Source of the DNA: Pseudobdellovibrionaceae bacterium
GTDB lineage: Bacteria > Bdellovibrionota > Bdellovibrionia > Bdellovibrionales > Bdellovibrionaceae
Direction of reading: 5' to 3'
Length of the DNA stretch: 15,005 bases
NCBI GenBank assembly: GCA_050186175.1
Contig: JBFWYS010000030.1
Location: forward strand, 1-15,005
Positions 1 through 7,927 of this stretch are shown in pieces. Both the position numbers and the translations under genes were made by a program. Positions within the stretch are counted from its first letter, which is position 1. Every line of letters starts with the position of its first letter. The notes under the pieces are model-generated. The model worked only from the letters and a program-made list of their open reading frames with translations, searched no databases and was not told the DNA's origin.

Positions 1-23
1 TCAATGATTTCATTCTCTTCCAT
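1..23 (-). CDS. 5' end of an unidentified gene that runs off the left edge (ATG at 23..21, reading MEENEII...)
   Basis: Reverse complement of 1..29 is acaaaaATGgaagagaatgaaatcattga. Only 7 codons are visible, so no product can be assigned. Confidence 0.2.
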
Positions 24-30
24 TTTTGTG

Positions 31-84
31 GTCCTTTTCGTTTTTTTTGTGGTTGAAAACAAAAAATTTAAACCAAAAGGACCT
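31..84. other. Long imperfect inverted repeat (GGTCCTTTT ... AAAAGGACC, with an inner TTTTTTTTGT / ACAAAAAA pair) between the band-7 stop and the next minus-strand start
   Basis: Bases 31..39 (ggtcctttt) are the exact reverse complement of 76..84 (aaaaggacc). The interior has a second complementary pair. No U-run follows on either strand. Confidence 0.35.
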
Positions 85-109
85 CATTTTCAAGTAGTTA
101 TTTCATTCC

Positions 110-835
110 TTATATGCAACTGGCGTAAGTCATTGAAGCTTCTTTGAACTTTTCCGCTATCTGTCTTTCTGAGTCTCCTAGGATGACTCGCGCTTGTCGC
201 TCTCTCTCCGCCTGCGCTTGCATTGACATCGCATTTTCAAGAGATTGAGGAATAAGAACATCTTTAATTTCAACAGAGCTCACTTGTATCCCCCAAGGCT
301 CAGTGCGATTATCAATGAGCTTTAAAAGCTCTTTGTCTATCTTTTCTCTCCCTTCAAGCATATCTGAAAGCTCGGTCTTTCCAATCACATCCCTCAGAGC
401 TGTTTGGGCTGCCCAACCTATAGCATTCTCATATTCAGCCACTTCAAGAGCGGCTTTCTTAGGGTCGATGACTTTCCAAAAAAGCACAGCATCGACATCG
501 ACGGGAACTGTATCTTTAGTCAGGGTCTTTTCTGCTTTAAAAGAGGTAGAAATAGTTCGGGTATCTATCCAAGCGGTGATTCTATCGATCAAAGGAACAA
601 TGAAAAAAAGCCCTGGCCCTTTTAGCCCCTGAAAATTCCCTAACCTTAAAACAACAGCACGATCCCACTGGTCTGCAATTTTAACAGCTGATGAGAGGTA
701 TATCGCGACAAGAAATGCCACCCCTAACACCCAAAGTCCTTCAGGATTATTTTCATAAGTGATATACTCTACCCCAAATCCCCCGGCTAAAACGATAAAA
801 AACAAAAGCGTTGATATTGAACTGATACTTTTCAT
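110..835 (-). CDS. SPFH/band-7 (stomatin/prohibitin-family, QmcA/YbbK-like) membrane protein
   Basis: 241 aa with an N-terminal TM helix (ISTLLFFIVLAGGFGV). The remainder matches the stomatin core pattern (RLGNFQGLKGPGLFFIVPLIDR..., VDVDAVLFWKVIDP, AQTALRDVIGK, WGIQVSSVEIKDV) and ends in a coiled-coil tail (AQAERERQARV). TAA stop. Confidence 0.85.
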   Translation of the reverse strand: MKSISSISTLLFFIVLAGGFGVEYITYENNPEGLWVLGVAFLVAIYLSSAVKIADQWDRAVVLRLGNFQGLKGPGLFFIVPLIDRITAWIDTRTISTSFKAEKTLTKDTVPVDVDAVLFWKVIDPKKAALEVAEYENAIGWAAQTALRDVIGKTELSDMLEGREKIDKELLKLIDNRTEPWGIQVSSVEIKDVLIPQSLENAMSMQAQAERERQARVILGDSERQIAEKFKEASMTYASCI

Positions 836-1065
836 GATTACTCCCTTTGATTCCCCTATAACAAAGGGGGGATTTTCTTTCCTAAAATTTAAAAATCCAG
901 AGGTTCAATCAAAGCACATCCTAATTGTCTCTCCTACGCAATACAGCCAAAAAGCTCTTTGTTTTTATACCTGAGCAAAAAAGGTCAAAATATTTTTAGG
1001 AGGCGCCCTTGAAATCTTCAACGACTTTCAGTACATTTAGATTTTGATTTAAAGAGTCCTTTAAT

Positions 1066-1293
1066 ATGTCGTCAGAAAAACCTACCTATCAGGCTGAAAC
1101 TAAAAAGCTTCTAACGTTATCAAGATTTTTAGATCCCCTTCCCATTTTGCTCGGGGTATCTGTAAGTTGGATTTGGAAAAAGGAGATCGATATTAAGGTT
1201 ATGGGACCAGTTGTCGCAGGTGGATATTTGCTCCTTGCCTCCATCACTTGGCTGGCATCAACAAAAAGAAAAAAAACTAGGAGCAATTCTTAA
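1066..1293 (+). CDS. small hypothetical membrane protein (2 predicted TM segments, basic C-terminus)
   Basis: 75-aa ORF, ATG start, TAA stop. It is the first of four closely spaced same-strand ORFs (gaps 27, 16 and 5 nt). Confidence 0.4.
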   Translation: MSSEKPTYQAETKKLLTLSRFLDPLPILLGVSVSWIWKKEIDIKVMGPVVAGGYLLLASITWLASTKRKKTRSNS

Positions 1294-1320
1294 CAAATCT
1301 CATGGAGAATAAGAAATAAA

Positions 1321-1875
1321 GTGAAGCTGAAAAACCACAAAGACTTGATAAATGATTACTTCTCCATAAACAAATACGGGAGAAAAAGGGATATGGTTGC
1401 CATGCTTATGCAGGTAAGCGTGATAACAGTTTTGTTTAGCTGGAAGCCCGCTCAGATAGAACATTACAAAATCGCAGCACCCATTCTTTTGTCTATTTCC
1501 CTATATTTTTTCTTCAAAGATTTTCTAGCTTTCCTAAAAATCGACAAAATAAAATCCGTAATCATTTCAAAAGGCATAGAAATCGAGCAGAAAGACTCAA
1601 AGGTTGAAAGATTTTTCCACGAGGCTCTTGAGGACTTCAGTCTTCCAAAAATCCTATCTCTTAGATCCGCATTAAATTTGGTGTCTTTAGGGATCATTGG
1701 ACACTTAATCTATCAATACCTCGTTGAAATCAATCCCTCAATTTCGATTAGCAGAGAAGCTGTCATTGTAATATTTTCAGGAAGCTTAAGTGCTTTAGCA
1801 TTTATCCTGTATTACTCTTCTTTCGAGCCTCTCAAACGGCTTCAAGCAACAGCATTAAAATCAAAGTCTTTATAA
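1321..1875 (+). CDS. hypothetical membrane protein (about 4 TM segments), GTG start
   Basis: 184-aa ORF with several hydrophobic stretches and a TAA stop. No recognisable family. Confidence 0.45.
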   Translation: MKLKNHKDLINDYFSINKYGRKRDMVAMLMQVSVITVLFSWKPAQIEHYKIAAPILLSISLYFFFKDFLAFLKIDKIKSVIISKGIEIEQKDSKVERFFHEALEDFSLPKILSLRSALNLVSLGIIGHLIYQYLVEINPSISISREAVIVIFSGSLSALAFILYYSSFEPLKRLQATALKSKSL

Positions 1876-1891
1876 ATAAAAGGATTAAATT

Positions 1892-2620
1892 ATGAGCAAC
1901 ACTGTATTAAGTCCAGATTTTGCCGAATCTTTCAAGACAGAGTTGACTGAGACCACTGAAGAAACTATGAAGATCGCTGGAGTTCTGAAAGAATCCGATC
2001 TTTCTCAATACATTCCTTATGGAGATGGGTCTCTATCGGAGGAGCTATTTTTTCGCTTACAGAAAACAGACCAGAAAAAACTCGCTGAACTTATTAAAGA
2101 AAATGTCATTAATCAAAATCCTAAGAGTTACTCTCCCAGGCGATCCAAATCTTCTGTCATTTCACATGACATCGCTGAAGAACTAGAAAAGGTTATTGAA
2201 AGAGCCATGGATAAGGTAAAAGCACAAAAAGAGTCTGATCTCTGCCCCTATATACCCTACCGCAATAAAAGACTGCACCATTTCACCTATGGACAGCTGA
2301 AAAAGGAAAGCCCAGAAGACGTTCTCAATCTCATCCAAGAGCATATTTTAGACAAGCCTCCCCAAAAGCTTGCTAGAAAATACCGCCCCCGAACTCCTAA
2401 GGAAAAAGTTTCTGCTGAAGATAAAAAAAGCGAAAAGACCCCGAAAAACTCAAGGAGCTCATTCAAACTTATGTTGTCTCCCCCACAAGTCCAAAGCGCT
2501 TTCCACCAACCCCTAGAAATTCAAACTCTAGAAAACCTAGTACCAACCACTCTCCTCAACCTTCCCAGGAAGAAAGCTCAAAAGTTGAACACCTCCTTGA
2601 AAAAACATCTCAATCAATAG
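1892..2620 (+). CDS. hypothetical soluble protein with an internal repeat (KESDL[SC][QP]YIPY) and a Lys/Ser/Pro-rich C-terminus
   Basis: 242-aa ORF preceded by aagga 8 nt upstream. KESDLSQYIPYGDGSL and KESDLCPYIPYRNKRL occur about 80 residues apart. TAG stop. Confidence 0.55.
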   Translation: MSNTVLSPDFAESFKTELTETTEETMKIAGVLKESDLSQYIPYGDGSLSEELFFRLQKTDQKKLAELIKENVINQNPKSYSPRRSKSSVISHDIAEELEKVIERAMDKVKAQKESDLCPYIPYRNKRLHHFTYGQLKKESPEDVLNLIQEHILDKPPQKLARKYRPRTPKEKVSAEDKKSEKTPKNSRSSFKLMLSPPQVQSAFHQPLEIQTLENLVPTTLLNLPRKKAQKLNTSLKKHLNQ

Positions 2621-2625
2621 ATACA

Positions 2626-2820
2626 ATGTCAGAAATGCTAAAGTCCTTTTTGGAGTCCGAGAATTTTCATGAGAGAAAACGATCTACCCCTATACAAAGT
2701 CAAGAAAATCGCATCTTACAAACTATTCAGAACCAGCTGATCAAGCAAATCAGGCGAAAGGAGGTGGACTTTGAGTTATGGGACACATATGTCGAGCTTA
2801 TTCAAACAAATTTCATGTAA
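2626..2820 (+). CDS. small hypothetical protein (64 aa)
   Basis: ORF begins 5 nt after the previous stop and ends in TAA. No family is recognised and the coding call is weak. Confidence 0.3.
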   Translation: MSEMLKSFLESENFHERKRSTPIQSQENRILQTIQNQLIKQIRRKEVDFELWDTYVELIQTNFM

Positions 2821-2872
2821 CCAACGAATCGCTTCTCTTGTATTTATTTATGAAAGCTTTACGATTTGAAAC

Positions 2873-3913
2873 GTGTCTTTTAAGACAATTTCAGGAATTT
2901 TGATGTCTCGACAAATAAAAAATTGCCCTTCTGTGTTTTTTTATGTTCTCCTCTTTTTAACGATCAACTCAGTATGCTATTGTAAAAAAAGATCATATGA
3001 TCATTTAGAGAACCATCCCGACATAAGCTACATTCCTTGGTTTACAGGCCCTCTCCTTTCACCTACACCAGTAAACATGTTGCCGGGACACCCGGCTATT
3101 GAACCATCGATTACAATTGGTAGTAACTATGGAGAATACGATTCTCATTGGAGATTAAATGGGGAAGCTAATGAATGGTTCATTAATCCATTTTTAGATT
3201 TCCAATTGGGGTTTACAGATAGAGTTGGGCTGGAAATTCTTGCATCATTTATTTCGAACTTCAAGAAAGGAGCTTCTGCTACGAGAATGCAAGATACCAT
3301 TTTACTTTTGGGATTTCAAATCGCTAATGACATAAAAGGAAGCTGGGTTCCAGATATTCGAATAGATCTACAAGAAACATTACCAACAGGGAGTTATCAA
3401 AAACTAGACCCTAAAAAATTCGGTACAGATTCTACAGGACAAGGAGCATTTCAAACTGGACCTCTTTTGATCATTCACAAGCTGTTCTACCCGGGAAACC
3501 ACTTCTTATCTCTTAAAGTGAGTTTAAGTTATCTATTTCCATCTAACGTTAAAGTAAAAGGATACAATACTTATGGAGGAGGAACTCAAACAAATGGAAC
3601 CGTACATCCTGGCCAAACTCTAGCCACCTTTTTCTCAGCAGAATATTCCATAAGTCAAAGGTGGGGCTGGGGGTTCGATGCTCTGCTCACTCACCAGAAA
3701 AAATCTACTTTTTCAGGACGTTCTGGGAGCAACAAATACAATCAAGCAGTTTCAGTTGGGCTTCCCTCCTCTACACAGATTAGTTTGGCTCCATTCATCG
3801 AATACAATTTCTCCTCAAGAATGGGAGTCTTAGGAGGGTCTTGGTTCACTGTTGCCGGAAGAAATTCTTCGACCTTTTTATCAGGATATTTTGCTTTCTT
3901 ATATGTTTTTTAA
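2873..3913 (+). CDS. MOMP-like outer-membrane beta-barrel protein (chlamydial porin family); the true start may be Met-11 at 2903
   Basis: From Met-11 there is a signal-peptide-like segment (MSRQIKNCPSVFFYVLLFLTINSV). The body is Gly/Ser/Thr/Tyr-rich with alternating-hydrophobic strands, and the C-terminus ends FAFLYVF (C-terminal Phe typical of OM beta-barrels). There is a Cys pair near the N-terminus (CYC). TAA stop. Confidence 0.6.
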   Translation: MSFKTISGILMSRQIKNCPSVFFYVLLFLTINSVCYCKKRSYDHLENHPDISYIPWFTGPLLSPTPVNMLPGHPAIEPSITIGSNYGEYDSHWRLNGEANEWFINPFLDFQLGFTDRVGLEILASFISNFKKGASATRMQDTILLLGFQIANDIKGSWVPDIRIDLQETLPTGSYQKLDPKKFGTDSTGQGAFQTGPLLIIHKLFYPGNHFLSLKVSLSYLFPSNVKVKGYNTYGGGTQTNGTVHPGQTLATFFSAEYSISQRWGWGFDALLTHQKKSTFSGRSGSNKYNQAVSVGLPSSTQISLAPFIEYNFSSRMGVLGGSWFTVAGRNSSTFLSGYFAFLYVF

Positions 3914-3967
3914 TAGTATTGCTATTCTAAAAAATTCTTTCGCAAAATAAAATTATGAGGATATTGA

Positions 3968-5038
3968 ATGACTTGCAAAAACACTGATAGTCCTGTAACA
4001 GATTACACAGTAGCATCAGATGGATCAGGAGATTACACTTCCGTTCAAGCTGCAATTGATGCTGCGATGAGTAATGGAGGAAATGCTACAGTTTGGTTAA
4101 AAAATGGAAATTATGTAGAAAATCTCACTTTTTACAGCGGCATTAATATAGTTGGGTCTTCAGGCCTAGGAGACTTAGGAGACGTTCAAATTACAGGGAC
4201 TCACATACCTCCTCTTTCTGGTCATGTTATTTTAAGAAATATTAGATGGAACAGCTCCGATTATATCTTATATTCCGAGAAACCTGGAACGTCTCACATC
4301 ACTTTCATCGATGCACTTTTAAATGTCACTAATGGATACACTTGCTATCTACCCTATTGGAATGGAGCTGAAGGTGGAGTTTTAGAGTTTGAAGACATTA
4401 ATGCGGGCCTACCCAATCAATCTCAAGACGGAGGAATATATAATCCTTACGGAGGAGCACAGATTTTTTTGTATAATGCTGGAATTGGGATGGGTAAAGA
4501 GCAAGAAATGCATGTTAGTGGTCAAATGGCCATGTTAGCAGGGTCTATTAATTGTCCATTTCATCTTGACTCGGGAGCTATTCTTGAGTGTGATTCTAGC
4601 CTTATTCTGGGTGGGATGATCTTTGGTGGAAATTCCGAAGCCAGAATTTCAAACTCTAGAATTACGAATGATTCAGGAGCCTCCATAATAATGGAAAGCA
4701 TTGGTAAAATCGAGCTAAGCTCTTGTGTTATAGACTGCTACAATAACCCTACAATTACTGGTAACAGTAAAGGTGAACTAAAAATAAGTGGCTGCACTTT
4801 CCCAAAAAATACAAATATTTCAGAAAATGCTAGCCCTCAAATTACAGGATCATTGAAAGTTGGTTGTTTAGAAGTATCTCCAGGACAAGTGAAAGTTTTC
4901 TCTAGCCTAGGACCTCCCACCAGTAAGGCACCGAAAGGCTCTTTATACTTGAGAACAGATGGACTATCTAGTAAAACAAGGTTATACATCAATATCGATG
5001 GTGAGTATGAATGGACACCAGTTCTCACTGAAAAGTGA
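3968..5038 (+). CDS. right-handed parallel beta-helix repeat protein (pectin-lyase-fold superfamily) with no signal peptide
   Basis: The N-terminal cap DGSGDYTSVQAAIDAA...NATVWLKNGNYVENL is the classic beta-helix or pectinesterase-type cap. Repeated G-rich, N/S-containing ~22-aa turns follow. Canonical pectinesterase catalytic motifs (QDTL, DFIFG) are absent. The RBS gagga sits 8 nt upstream, and an in-frame TGA lies immediately before the ATG. TGA stop. Confidence 0.7.
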   Translation: MTCKNTDSPVTDYTVASDGSGDYTSVQAAIDAAMSNGGNATVWLKNGNYVENLTFYSGINIVGSSGLGDLGDVQITGTHIPPLSGHVILRNIRWNSSDYILYSEKPGTSHITFIDALLNVTNGYTCYLPYWNGAEGGVLEFEDINAGLPNQSQDGGIYNPYGGAQIFLYNAGIGMGKEQEMHVSGQMAMLAGSINCPFHLDSGAILECDSSLILGGMIFGGNSEARISNSRITNDSGASIIMESIGKIELSSCVIDCYNNPTITGNSKGELKISGCTFPKNTNISENASPQITGSLKVGCLEVSPGQVKVFSSLGPPTSKAPKGSLYLRTDGLSSKTRLYINIDGEYEWTPVLTEK

Positions 5039-5067
5039 TAAACCTCTAAACACAAAAAGATAAATCA

Positions 5068-5556
5068 TTGATTGTTAAAAATATAATTTCGAATTATGGG
5101 CTTAAGCCCCATCCTGAAGGTGGATATTACAAAATTTCATTTTGGGATTCCGAAGAAATTCCTCACTTTGCGTTGCCCAGTGAATATGCTGGACCAAGAG
5201 CTTATATGAGTTCCATTTTATATTTACTTCCTAAAAAGGAAAAATGCATTTTTCATAAAATTAAAATGAATGAAGCTTGGGCTTTTCATGCTGGTGGTCC
5301 CTTAAAACTCTATCAATTTTCTCCTACGGGTGAAACAACAGAAGTCATTCTAGGATCAGGCATCAATGAAAGCGTGTTTCATGTTGTTCCAAAGGGATTT
5401 TGGATGGGAGCCTTACCCTCGAATTCTCATGATTACTCGCTAATCAGCTGTATAACTGCTCCTGGATTCACTCCAAATGACTGGATGAAGGGAGAAAAAG
5501 AAGATCTAATTAAAAAATACCCAAGTCACATAGATATTATAGAAATGCTAACCTAA
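5068..5556 (+). CDS. cupin-fold protein of the DUF985 / cupin_5 family (TTG start)
   Basis: It carries the hallmark N-terminal motif LKPHPEGGYY followed by a cupin core (FHKIKMNEAWAFHAGGPLKLY). The only in-frame start is TTG at 5068, since the nearby ATG at 5096 is out of frame. TAA stop. Confidence 0.8.
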   Translation: MIVKNIISNYGLKPHPEGGYYKISFWDSEEIPHFALPSEYAGPRAYMSSILYLLPKKEKCIFHKIKMNEAWAFHAGGPLKLYQFSPTGETTEVILGSGINESVFHVVPKGFWMGALPSNSHDYSLISCITAPGFTPNDWMKGEKEDLIKKYPSHIDIIEMLT

Positions 5557-5571
5557 AGCAGCCAAAGATAA

Positions 5572-6726
5572 TTAACTCTTGTATTCTATCCATTTTTGGA
5601 CAATTTCTTGTTGAAATTTTTTATTCAGCTCAACAAACCCATTTCCCTGATATTTTTCAAGACAAGACTGAAAAATTCCTGCTAAAAGAAGTCCCCTTGT
5701 AAGCTGAAAATCTTTAAGATCAATCTCTTCATAATTTCCATCAAATGGATAAGGAAACCCGCTATTAACAAGACACAAACCTTCAATCCAAAGATCTTCA
5801 TGACAATTAGATCGTGGTTCGATTTTTTTTCTTAAAGCCACAGCATCAAACTCTCTGTCCGAAGATGAGACACTAACCAAAAAATTCGGTCTTTTTAAAT
5901 ATTTATGCAAATGTTTTGGTATACTACAAGATCCTGTACACCCAATAATAGCATCACAAGTTGGTAACAAAGAAATTAATTCATTTTCATAATTATCAAT
6001 AGATAAATAATATTTATTATCTATAGTTCTAATATTGAATCTATTCCTTAAAGTTTTTTTCATGCAGGAACCGATAACACCATTTCCTATAACAAGAATA
6101 TCTTTAATCTGTGACTCTCTTTTATAAATGTGTTTTTTCAACCTATTTACACACAAATCAATAACTAATGGTGTTTCATAAATCAATTTCGCCTTACTTC
6201 TAGCCACATTAATTATAGGAAAGTTGATTTTTTCACTATTTAATTTATTAAATCCAGAGCTTGTTTGTTCGATACCAGAAAAACTATATTTATTAATATA
6301 TTTCTTGTTAAATAAAGAAAGTAAACTTCCCCCTTCATCTAAGAGAATAATTTTATTAAATTCTGTGTTTTTTTTATCTAGAAAAGATTGTATTTCTAAT
6401 TCAAGGTTATTTTGAAAATAATCGTCAAAAGCTAAATGGCTATCATAAAAGTTTGAAAAGCGAGATACTTCAACTCCATCTTCTTTCAGGAGTTTAAGCG
6501 TTTCAGGTCTAGTTGAATAACATTTTCCCATCACAAACAAGTTTTCTGGCCGCAATCCAAATTCAAAAAGGAGAGAAAACAGTGAATGAGTTGTCAAAAA
6601 AAGATGTTGAACGCAAATAAGTAAGACTTTTGAAAGATCCAAAACTTTATTACTTTTAAAACTATTTGCAAACCCCTCCAATACAGGCAAATGTAAATTT
6701 TTTTCTAATAAGATAGAATCATTCAT
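5572..6726 (-). CDS. highly divergent S-adenosyl-L-homocysteine hydrolase (AdoHcyase)-fold NAD-binding protein with non-canonical active-site residues
   Basis: SAHH landmarks are recognisable in the correct order. These are the catalytic-domain helix (CVQHLFLTTHSLFSLLFEFG vs CLHMTVETAVLIETL), the DDGGD loop (LLDEGGSL), EETTTG (EQTSSG) and INVNDSVTKSK (INVARSKAK). The Rossmann GxGxxG (VIGNGVIGS), the TTTGN region (IGCTGSC), HFD (SSDREFD) and the EGRLVNLG..GHP segment (EGLCLVNSGFPYP) are also present. The two conserved histidines are missing. Its start overlaps the MFS stop by 8 nt (tATGAATGA). TAA stop. Confidence 0.6.
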   Translation of the reverse strand: MNDSILLEKNLHLPVLEGFANSFKSNKVLDLSKVLLICVQHLFLTTHSLFSLLFEFGLRPENLFVMGKCYSTRPETLKLLKEDGVEVSRFSNFYDSHLAFDDYFQNNLELEIQSFLDKKNTEFNKIILLDEGGSLLSLFNKKYINKYSFSGIEQTSSGFNKLNSEKINFPIINVARSKAKLIYETPLVIDLCVNRLKKHIYKRESQIKDILVIGNGVIGSCMKKTLRNRFNIRTIDNKYYLSIDNYENELISLLPTCDAIIGCTGSCSIPKHLHKYLKRPNFLVSVSSSDREFDAVALRKKIEPRSNCHEDLWIEGLCLVNSGFPYPFDGNYEEIDLKDFQLTRGLLLAGIFQSCLEKYQGNGFVELNKKFQQEIVQKWIEYKS

Positions 6727-7927
6727 AGTATGAGTTAATGTTGTGAGATTTTTCTTTATTCTTGCGTGGTCTCTGATAAGTCAAAAATGAGCAAATTAGT
6801 AATAAAATAATAAACGTTGGAAAATTAAAAATATTCATTTTTGACAAAATTGGACCAAGAAATTCAGCCAAACTTAGCAAAGCTTCAAGAATTCCAAATA
6901 AAAATCCTTCTTCGTGAATTTTTGTATGTTTTATAAATCCAGCATAAATCAATGGAAGAGCAAAAGAGCTTATCCCTGCAAATGGTAAATAGTAACTGAA
7001 ATTAGAGAGAGAGGCAGAGGAAAAGTATTTAGATGAAATATAGCCAAATACAAAAAGAAGCGCGCAAATAAGATATGTTGTAAAAAGATTTTTCAAATTT
7101 GGAACAAACCTAACAAAAAGATGCACGATATTGCCTATAAAAATACCAACTCCTAGCAAAAAGAAAGAGTTTGAGAGAGTTTCCTTTTGAAAATGAGAAT
7201 CAAGATAATACTGCATCAAATGATAAGATATACCCAAAAACAAAAAAGATAAGAAAATTCTTATCTTTGTCTTTCCTAATCTCTTAATCGAGCTAATCAT
7301 GCTAAGCTCTTCAGAATGATTCTTGTCTTTCTTTATCTTTAAAACAAAAAAACTAGAAAAAAAACTAACAATCCATGTTAAAATCGCTAATTTAAAAACA
7401 TAAGAATTGTATATCTTATAAGAAGAACAAATAATAACCCAGGGTAGAGCTTGTACGGCATAGGACTCTGCAATGATTCTGACGTGGGAGCGCCCATGGT
7501 TTTCACCATGTTCATTTTGGTACCCTTCTTTCTTTCCTTTGTAGTGTTTAGAAAGTTTAAAGTAACTTACATCACAGTAAGCTGCTCTTGCAACAGCTGT
7601 TACATTACAAAATATTCCGTCTATTATTACAGCTGGCAATATCTGATTCATGTAAAGTAAAAGAATTGAAAGAGAAGAGATTAAAACAGTGAACGCAAGA
7701 ACGCTTTTACGACAATGCTTATCAGAAAGATGTCCTGTTACAATTGAGAAGACTACTTGCAAACCAATCCACAACGTAGCATAATTTTCTCCAACCTCAC
7801 CTATATCGCTAAAAACAAGGAGAAAGCACAGTTTAAAGACTTCCTTTGAAGCGATACAAAGCAAGACAATGAAACTGTACAACTTAGTTCTACTCTCCAA
7901 GGGAAAGACGGTAGATTCTATTGTCAT
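6719..7927 (-). CDS. major facilitator superfamily (MFS) transporter, about 12 TM
   Basis: 402-aa polytopic protein with MFS motif A after TM2 (GHLSDKHCRKSVL). The ATG start overlaps the methyltransferase end by 38 nt. An alternative TTG (codon 16, 7882..7880) would remove the overlap, so the start is uncertain. TGA stop. Confidence 0.8.
   Translation of the reverse strand: MTIESTVFPLESRTKLYSFIVLLCIASKEVFKLCFLLVFSDIGEVGENYATLWIGLQVVFSIVTGHLSDKHCRKSVLAFTVLISSLSILLLYMNQILPAVIIDGIFCNVTAVARAAYCDVSYFKLSKHYKGKKEGYQNEHGENHGRSHVRIIAESYAVQALPWVIICSSYKIYNSYVFKLAILTWIVSFFSSFFVLKIKKDKNHSEELSMISSIKRLGKTKIRIFLSFLFLGISYHLMQYYLDSHFQKETLSNSFFLLGVGIFIGNIVHLFVRFVPNLKNLFTTYLICALLFVFGYISSKYFSSASLSNFSYYLPFAGISSFALPLIYAGFIKHTKIHEEGFLFGILEALLSLAEFLGPILSKMNIFNFPTFIILLLICSFLTYQRPRKNKEKSHNINSYYE

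Noticed and set aside
303-974. ORFs 303..632 (+), 404..625 (+), 759..974 (+)
   Set aside because: They are antisense shadows of the band-7 gene and its upstream region. They are low-complexity, Ser-rich, and without RBS or homology.
1089-1697. ORFs 1089..1286 (-) and 1464..1697 (-)
   Set aside because: They lie opposite-strand inside the co-directional four-gene block. No support.
3663-3690. tRNA-like T-loop motifs (GGTTCGATGC at about 3675 and GGTTCGATTTT at about 5820)
   Set aside because: Both lie inside well-supported coding sequences. No acceptor, D-arm or anticodon-arm structure is apparent around them.
3968-5038. Calling the beta-helix protein a pectin methylesterase
   Set aside because: Only the generic beta-helix N-cap matches. 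The PME catalytic signatures QDTL and G-x-x-DFIFG are absent, and there is no signal peptide.
4837-5055. ORF 4837..5055 (-)
   Set aside because: It lies inside the beta-helix gene on the opposite strand. No support.
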